Source: the human T2T-CHM13v2.0 reference genome, Homo sapiens | NCBI RefSeq assembly: GCF_009914755.1 | Contig: NC_060939.1 | DNA length: 64,000 bases | Direction: 5' to 3' (one strand) | Part shown: piece by piece, positions 57,640 to 64,000 of the stretch | Layout of the letters: each line of letters begins with the position of its first letter | How positions within the stretch are numbered: the stretch's first letter is position 1 | Translations under genes and position numbers: made by a program | The notes under the pieces: generated by a model | Database searches by the model: none | Seen by the model: only the letters and a program-made list of their open reading frames with translations | What the model was told of the DNA's origin: nothing

Positions 57640-58350
57640 GGCAGGAGAAGAGTTTGGGGAGATGGACACAGGTCAAAAAGGAAGGAATTTGAGTTTTATT
57701 CTAAATGCATTGGAAAGCCATTAGAAGGTTTAGGCAGATAATTGATACGAAGCAGTTCTCATTATGAAAGGATCACATTCATTGCTCTGTGAGAATGGAT
57801 TGGGAGAGACAGGAGTGGAGGTAGGGTGACTAGATAGGAAGCTATTGCACAATCCAGGCCAGAGGTGATAATGGCCTAAACCTAGGTAGTGGCCACAAAG
57901 ATTAGAGATAAATGCAGGAACTTGATACGGCAGGACTTGCTGATGTGTTGGATGTTTAGGACAAAGGGCAGGTGGATGGTTACACCACTATTGACATGGA
58001 GGAACCTAGGTTGGGACAGATTTTACATGAGGGTGAGATCAGGAGTTCTGCCTTGAACATGTTGAGTTTCAGATTTTCCTGAGATCTTCAAGGGGAGATG
58101 CTAAGCAGGGAGCTGGCTGTGTGAATTCAGGAAACAGGTGTGGACATCGTCAGCACATAGCGGACCTTTAAAACCATGGCAATGAATGCAATTACATGGT
58201 GATTCACGTAGGCCAAGAAGGAAGAGCCTCCACCTAGAGAGCTTGAGTAGAGGAAGGAACAGGGAGAGAGGGGGTCAGGGAAGAGAAGTGTGCCACAAGC
58301 CAAGAAGAGTAAGGGTTCAAGGAGAGGAGGACATGGTGAACTGTGGAAAG
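57640..58350 (-). mobile_element. L2 fragment
   Basis: ttttattctaa..tggaaagccatt...gaaaggatcac..tgctctgtgagaatggatt...ggaagctattgca..tccaggc..gaggtgat. Confidence 0.85.
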
Positions 58351-60416
58351 CTGCTGAGAGGGCAACCAAGGGAATCCCTTCTGAGAAGCGCTCCACACCT
58401 CCCCTGGCAGTCTGGGAGCCTCTCCTATCCTCCCCCACCCCTCCCCAGCCCCAGATATACTCTTTATACACTCATCACATTTCACTGTAGGTTTTGTTAA
58501 CATATCTGCCTCCCTGACTAGTCTGAGAGTGATCCTAATTTCTCCTTGCATCTCCTCCAGAGGTAGCCCAATGTCTGATCAAGTCTCAGTTCCCAGTAAA
58601 TGTTAAAGGAGTTAAAAAGATTAATCACTAGGGCGAATAAGGAGGCTGTGCAGAGCACTGGAAGAGATCCATGAAGATTAAGAAGGGGCTGTTACTCCTT
58701 CAGACAGAAAATGAGCAGGCACCATTCTAATAGAGGCATGGCTATTGCAGGTGCCCATGTTTGCAGGGCTGGCTCCTCTGGCCTCCCTTAGAGAAGCTCT
58801 TTTTCATGGCTGAGAGGAGGGGTCAGCTTGGGAATTAGCTCTACTGATTGCTGGCATTTGTGAGAGTTTTGGAAGGTGGAAATGGGGCAGATTGGCTGCT
58901 TTCTGCCGGCAAACATGGCCCAGGGACGTGCAACTCTTCCTCAGCATCGTAGAACTTGGGGAGCTTCAGTGGTGGAGGCAGTGACTTCCTATCGCTGGAT
59001 CTCAGTGACTGCAGAATGTTCTGCAGCTCTGGGGGCAATCTCCTGATTGGGGCAGAAAAGGCGGCTTCCCTGGTGGGTCAGGTCTGCAGTGCTCTGGGGG
59101 TCATCAAGCCCAGCTTAGGGCTCACTCCACCAGCCCCTCAGTGATCTGATAAGTCAGTTTCCCGGATTACATGTTGTTCTCTTTCAAATACACAGGGGGT
59201 TTCTGGTTCTGGTTCTCAGTGCTCACTGAGAACACCATTCCCTATAACTCTTCTAAGCAACAGCCTGCAAGGAGGAAGGAAACAGGCAATTAACATGGTG
59301 AAACAATTCCTCCTTCCTCTGTCTGTCCACCCAATTTCTGGGGGCACATGACCCAGGAGTGGCTTCACTGGAGTTGGTTCCCTGAAATGGAAAACCATGA
59401 AGGGTATGAGACTGCGTAATATATGCTGATGTAAGGGTCAAACAGAAAGTCGGAGATGAAGGTGAATAAGACAACAAATAATTCTGTGTGGGACATTCTG
59501 TGCAGGTCTCCAAATTAAATGGAAATGGTGGGGATTGACGAAAGGTTCAGAGCAGGAATTGTGAAACGGCTCCTGGCAGCAGCCTGAATCTACTCTGCAC
59601 TCTGTCATGATGCCATTGCCTGGGACTTACGAATTTTGCTTGTACAAGATTTATTATCTTATTTTAAACTACAGAATTCCAAAACACAAGGCAAACCCGG
59701 GCCCAAAGGTCTTTGTAGAAGTGGTAGCAGCTGAGAAGGGGACGTTCATAATGGCACATGGTAGGTGCTAAAACTTGCCTAATGAATGAAGGAATGGTTA
59801 ATAAAGGGCTTCTTATGGCATGGCTGTGAGCATTCACCCTCACCTCTTTTTCTGTGGTTGAGCAAAGTGTTTTGAGCTGCGTTTGTGTTCGCTTGATACG
59901 TAATATTGTTAAGAGCTTGATATTGCTCTTTGTAAACCTCCTCACCATTGGGACTATCCTCCTTGCTGCCTGCCTCCTCCCCCTTGTCTTCTTCAGTCTG
60001 GAATGGCTTCATCTCTGCTTTCTCTCAACCCTCATAGCCCAAACTTGGTAAACCCTGGATCAAGTCCTACCGTCTTCTTCAAACTGCTGGGTTTCTCTAT
60101 GATAGACATCTCATCTCTCTGAGCTGGCAACACCTTGAGCTTGTACACACTTTAGAGAGTTTCATCCTGCTGAGTCATGAAGCTAGCTGAGTAACATTCA
60201 TCTTGCTGCTAGAATTCCTGGAAGGGAAACCAGCTCACCTGCAGCCCATTGCATCTGCCCACTACTTCACAGGCCTTAACTCTCTAAGTCATCATTTCAA
60301 TCCTTCAAAAGACACAAGGGATCTTAGAGTTTAAATAACTTTCCCGAGGGCAGCTGGCTTGGAATTGGCCAAGCTGGAAATGGGCCTTAGTTTGGAACTG
60401 AGTCTGTTTGGACCTC

Positions 60417-60482
60417 GTGTGTGTGCGTTTGTGTGTGTGTGTGTTTGTGTGTGTATGTGTGTTTGTGTGTGTGTGTGTGTGT
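60417..60482. repeat. Imperfect (GT)n microsatellite
   Basis: ~33 dinucleotide units with interruptions. Confidence 0.95.
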
Positions 60483-60525
60483 CTCCTTTATTTAGTTTAC
60501 CACATGAAGTATTAATAATTTTGGT

Positions 60526-60833
60526 TTCCAGCTTCATCCAAAATCATCATTCTCAGCAAACTATCGCACGGACAAAAAACCAAACACCACATGTTCTCAC
60601 TCATAGGTGGGAATTGAACAATGAGAACACATGGATACAGGAAGGGGAACATCACACACCAGGGACTGTTGTGGGGTGGGGAGAGGGGGGAGGGATAGCA
60701 TTAGGAGATATACCTAATGCTAAATGATGAGTTAATGGGTGCAGCACACCAACATGGCACATGTATACATATGTAACTAACCTGCACGTTGTGCACATGT
60801 ACCCTAAAACTTAAAGTATAATAATAATAAAAA
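60526..60833 (+). mobile_element. Short L1PA3/4-like 3' end with 5' micro-inversion
   Basis: L1PA 3'UTR (ggagatatacctaatgctaaatga); TSD taataattttggt at 60513-60525 and 60834-60846. Confidence 0.93.
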
Positions 60834-60849
60834 TAATAATTTTGGTACA

Positions 60850-61112
60850 TATAATAATAATACAGTGATTATGTTTTTTAAATGACCACATTTGTTAAAG
60901 ATGCCCACTGAAGTATTTACGGTAAAATAGCATGATGTCTGATATCTGTGTTAAAAATTCCAGAAAAATCAGTGGATATGTGTGGAGAAAAAGTGGATGA
61001 AATAAGACTGGCAAAGTGATAATTATTGAAGATGGGTGTTAGGTACATGGGGGTACATTTTATCATTCTTTCTACTTTCTGTATTTGTATGAAATGTTCC
61101 ATAATTTTTAAA
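60850..61112 (+). mobile_element. L1MC/ME-type 3' end
   Basis: gatgaaataagactggcaaa..tgataattattgaag.tgggtg..aggtacatgggg..catt.tatcattct.tctacttt. Confidence 0.75.
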
Positions 61113-61221
61113 CCACTATAGATATTATTAATTTCCCGTGTAACTCACTCTAATCTCATTCTCCTCTCTGCCTTCCCAGATGGAATTGCCATGCTGAATT
61201 TGGTGTTTTTACTCCTTTCCA

Positions 61222-61289
61222 TAATTTTAGTATTACTATACATTTAATTATAGTATTACTACACGTTTAATTACAGTATTACTACACAT
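61222..61289. repeat. 23-bp tandem repeat x3 (taattatagtattactacacatt)
   Basis: Units start at 61222, 61245 and 61268. Confidence 0.85.
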
Positions 61290-61709
61290 ACATGTCTTAA
61301 TATATAGAATTAGTTTGCACATTTCACAAATTTATATAAATAGTATCATACTGCACATTTCTACAGAGTTTTTGCAATATATTCATGCGGACACATGGAT
61401 AACTCTAGTTCTTTCTATTTTTAGGTAAGTAATACAAAGTATTCAACAGTATGGCTATATCTAAATTCAGCCCTATGTTGATGTATATTAAAGTTGTTTT
61501 CAGTTTTCAGTTACCACAAACAATGCTGCAATAGACCTTCTGAATATCTCCTGTATAAATGTGTGAAATTCCCTTTAGGATACTAAGTAGTGGAATTGCT
61601 AGTTTATAAGGCATATGCATCTTCCTCTTAACTGGATCTTGCTAAATATTTACTAATGAGGTGGTGCCAATTTATACTCTTCTGCCGTATATGAGATTTC
61701 CATTTATAG

Positions 61710-62116
<407 letters not shown>

Positions 62117-63389
62117 CCCATTGTTTTAATTTGCAAATATCTGATAGTGAGGTTGAGCATCTTTTTATCTGTTAATATTCTTTCATTTTCTCTTTTAATT
62201 CTTTAAACTGTGTCTAATCTAAAGCTTATCTCTTATGCTTATTTTAATATTGTTATTTCCAATATTTTTAAAATTTCGGCTTTGTCTTTTTAAAATTTCT
62301 GCTTTGGCATTCTAAACATTCTTACTTTAAACTCTTGGAAGATTATAAGATTAATTTCATTCAGAGTGAACTCATATTTTGATGACCGACTATTGATTTT
62401 GTAGACTCTTAGATTTTTATTGGTTTTTGAATTTAAGTGTGCAGGCTCAGTTTGAATTTGGGATTTTTGGTTCCTATGTTTGTTTGTTTTTTTTCTTCCT
62501 CTTTCTCCCTCTGTCCACATCCCTTTCTATCTAGCATTACCAGTGGCTCCTTCTTGGATTCTTAGATTCTCAGTTTAGACCAGGGTCTTATCATGGTATT
62601 TCAGGTCTCCCTTTTTAAGGTGATATTGAGAGCACTGGAGAATCATTCAAGGAGCAAGGGAGGGGCTGGTGTCAGATCCTGTTTGTGAAAAATACCTGTG
62701 CCTTACTGCCTTCAGAGTCTTGTAGCTTACTAATGGCAAAAAGCTCCAGGTGGTGGTCAATAGCACTTTTTTTTCAGCTCTTATGCATAGGACACCCCTA
62801 CACCAGCCTGGGCTTCAAGAAAGGAGCTTGGCTTTGGTCTCCTTCTTTGCATAGAGCAATTTTAGTCTTACTTACCCCACATACGCATCCCCTGTCTGGC
62901 CTGTCTCTGTTTATCACTTTCAATTTCTCATCTGCTTCTATTTTACAGAAATGGGTAACCAAATTTTCTAATCCAGCTCTGAATTTTTTTCAATTGTATT
63001 TGTAATGGATAGGCACCTACACAGAAAGGGTGCGTTGGGTGAGATTTCCGATAGTCATTGTGATTAGAGATACAGGCTACTTTGCTCTGGGAGTTAGCTT
63101 TTTATATCCTGGGCAATTTCTCATAGGGTTGTTATGTGGGGTTGTTGAGACAAGATACGAAAAATATTGAAGTCACAATTTTGAAGACACCATTCTGTTG
63201 TGCTCAGGACTGAATGTTGCTGCGAAGTATGTTGTGAATCTGATTCCTGTTTTCTTGTGAGTGCACAAATACACACAAATGTATGCATGCATGCCTTCAT
63301 ATTTCTGTTTGCAAGTATAATATCTATTTGTCTAATTATCTACTTGTGTATATTATGTGTTTATATCTTTATTTGAAAGTATTTACCCT

Positions 63390-64000
63390 TTTCTTAGGAT
63401 TTTTTTTAATGTTCTGAAATTGACAAAAATGAACTGATGTGTGAACCTTTTCCTTCTTTCTTATTGATGCTCAGTGAAGCCTTTCATTCAGAAAACTTGT
63501 ATCTCACTAGTTATGGGAAAGATTTTCTTATTATTTTTATGTTATTCCTCCTCTATTTCTCTGTTCTTTCTTTTGATAGATGTTGCCCTTTCTGGATTGA
63601 CTTTTGTGTCTCATATTTTCCTCCTTATCTTATTCTCATATCTTTTTTGTTGTTCTTGTTCCATGTTTAGAGAAGCTCCTTAATGTTTTTCAGTAGTTCT
63701 TTAATAAACAAATTTGTTGGCAAGCATACATTTTTTTTTCTTTCCATGAATTCTTTCTTGTCCTTTAGCTGATTCTTTTTCATGGTGGCCTGTTCTTGCT
63801 TTATAGGTGAAATATATTCTCTCTTTCTAAGGATACTCATAAGAAGTTTTAACAGTTATCTTCTCTTCCGCAGATTCATTCTTGCCTCTTAGGTAATTTG
63901 TTGTGAATGGTCACCTTCCTGCAGTTGGGTTAGCTCAGCTGTCCGGTGGTCCTTGGTCATCTTCCATGTTTATAAATGAAGGACTGTGCTGAGCATCTGA
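63390..64000 (-). mobile_element. HAL1-like fragment running off the window end
   Basis: ctttcattcagaaaact..tatct..gggaaagattttctt; tggcctgttcttgctttata...tctctttctaaggatact; resembles the reverse of 47800-48150. Confidence 0.55.

Noticed and set aside
60673-60694. G-quadruplex-like G-runs (also ~2643-2676)
   Set aside because: Standard feature of L1PA 3'UTRs; not locus-specific.
60359-60727. 122-aa ORF with CVCVCV run
   Set aside because: Read-through of a (GT)n repeat and the L1 3' end.
61222-61289. Short direct-repeat arrays (also 41216-41266) as CRISPR-like
   Set aside because: Head-to-tail tandem units without spacers, in eukaryotic DNA, with no cas genes.

Overview
Primate (very probably human) nuclear DNA that looks intergenic or intronic. 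It is dominated by interspersed repeats: L1PA and old L1M LINEs, HAL1, L2, MIR, Alu, MaLR/ERVL LTRs, an ERVL internal segment, and hAT and Tc1/mariner elements. I can support no intact protein-coding gene, tRNA, rRNA or CRISPR array; the ORF track is mostly decayed L1/ERVL frames, Alu-derived frames and low-complexity frames. The most unusual structure is a compact insertion at 3737-4128, bounded by a perfect 15-bp target-site duplication (TSD). It combines a tiny inverted L1 piece, a fold-back copy of the target site that forms a ~107-bp hairpin, an L1 3' tip and an apparent 3'-transduced MaLR LTR fragment. Two further twin-primed (5'-inverted) L1 insertions occur, one with an inversion of only ~19 bp. 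Also present are a full-length L1PA8-like element nested in an older L1, an ERVL pol with an in-frame deletion at a microhomology, and a few speculative decayed or non-coding exons. Subfamily names come from recalled consensus sequences, and the boundaries of old repeats are approximate.
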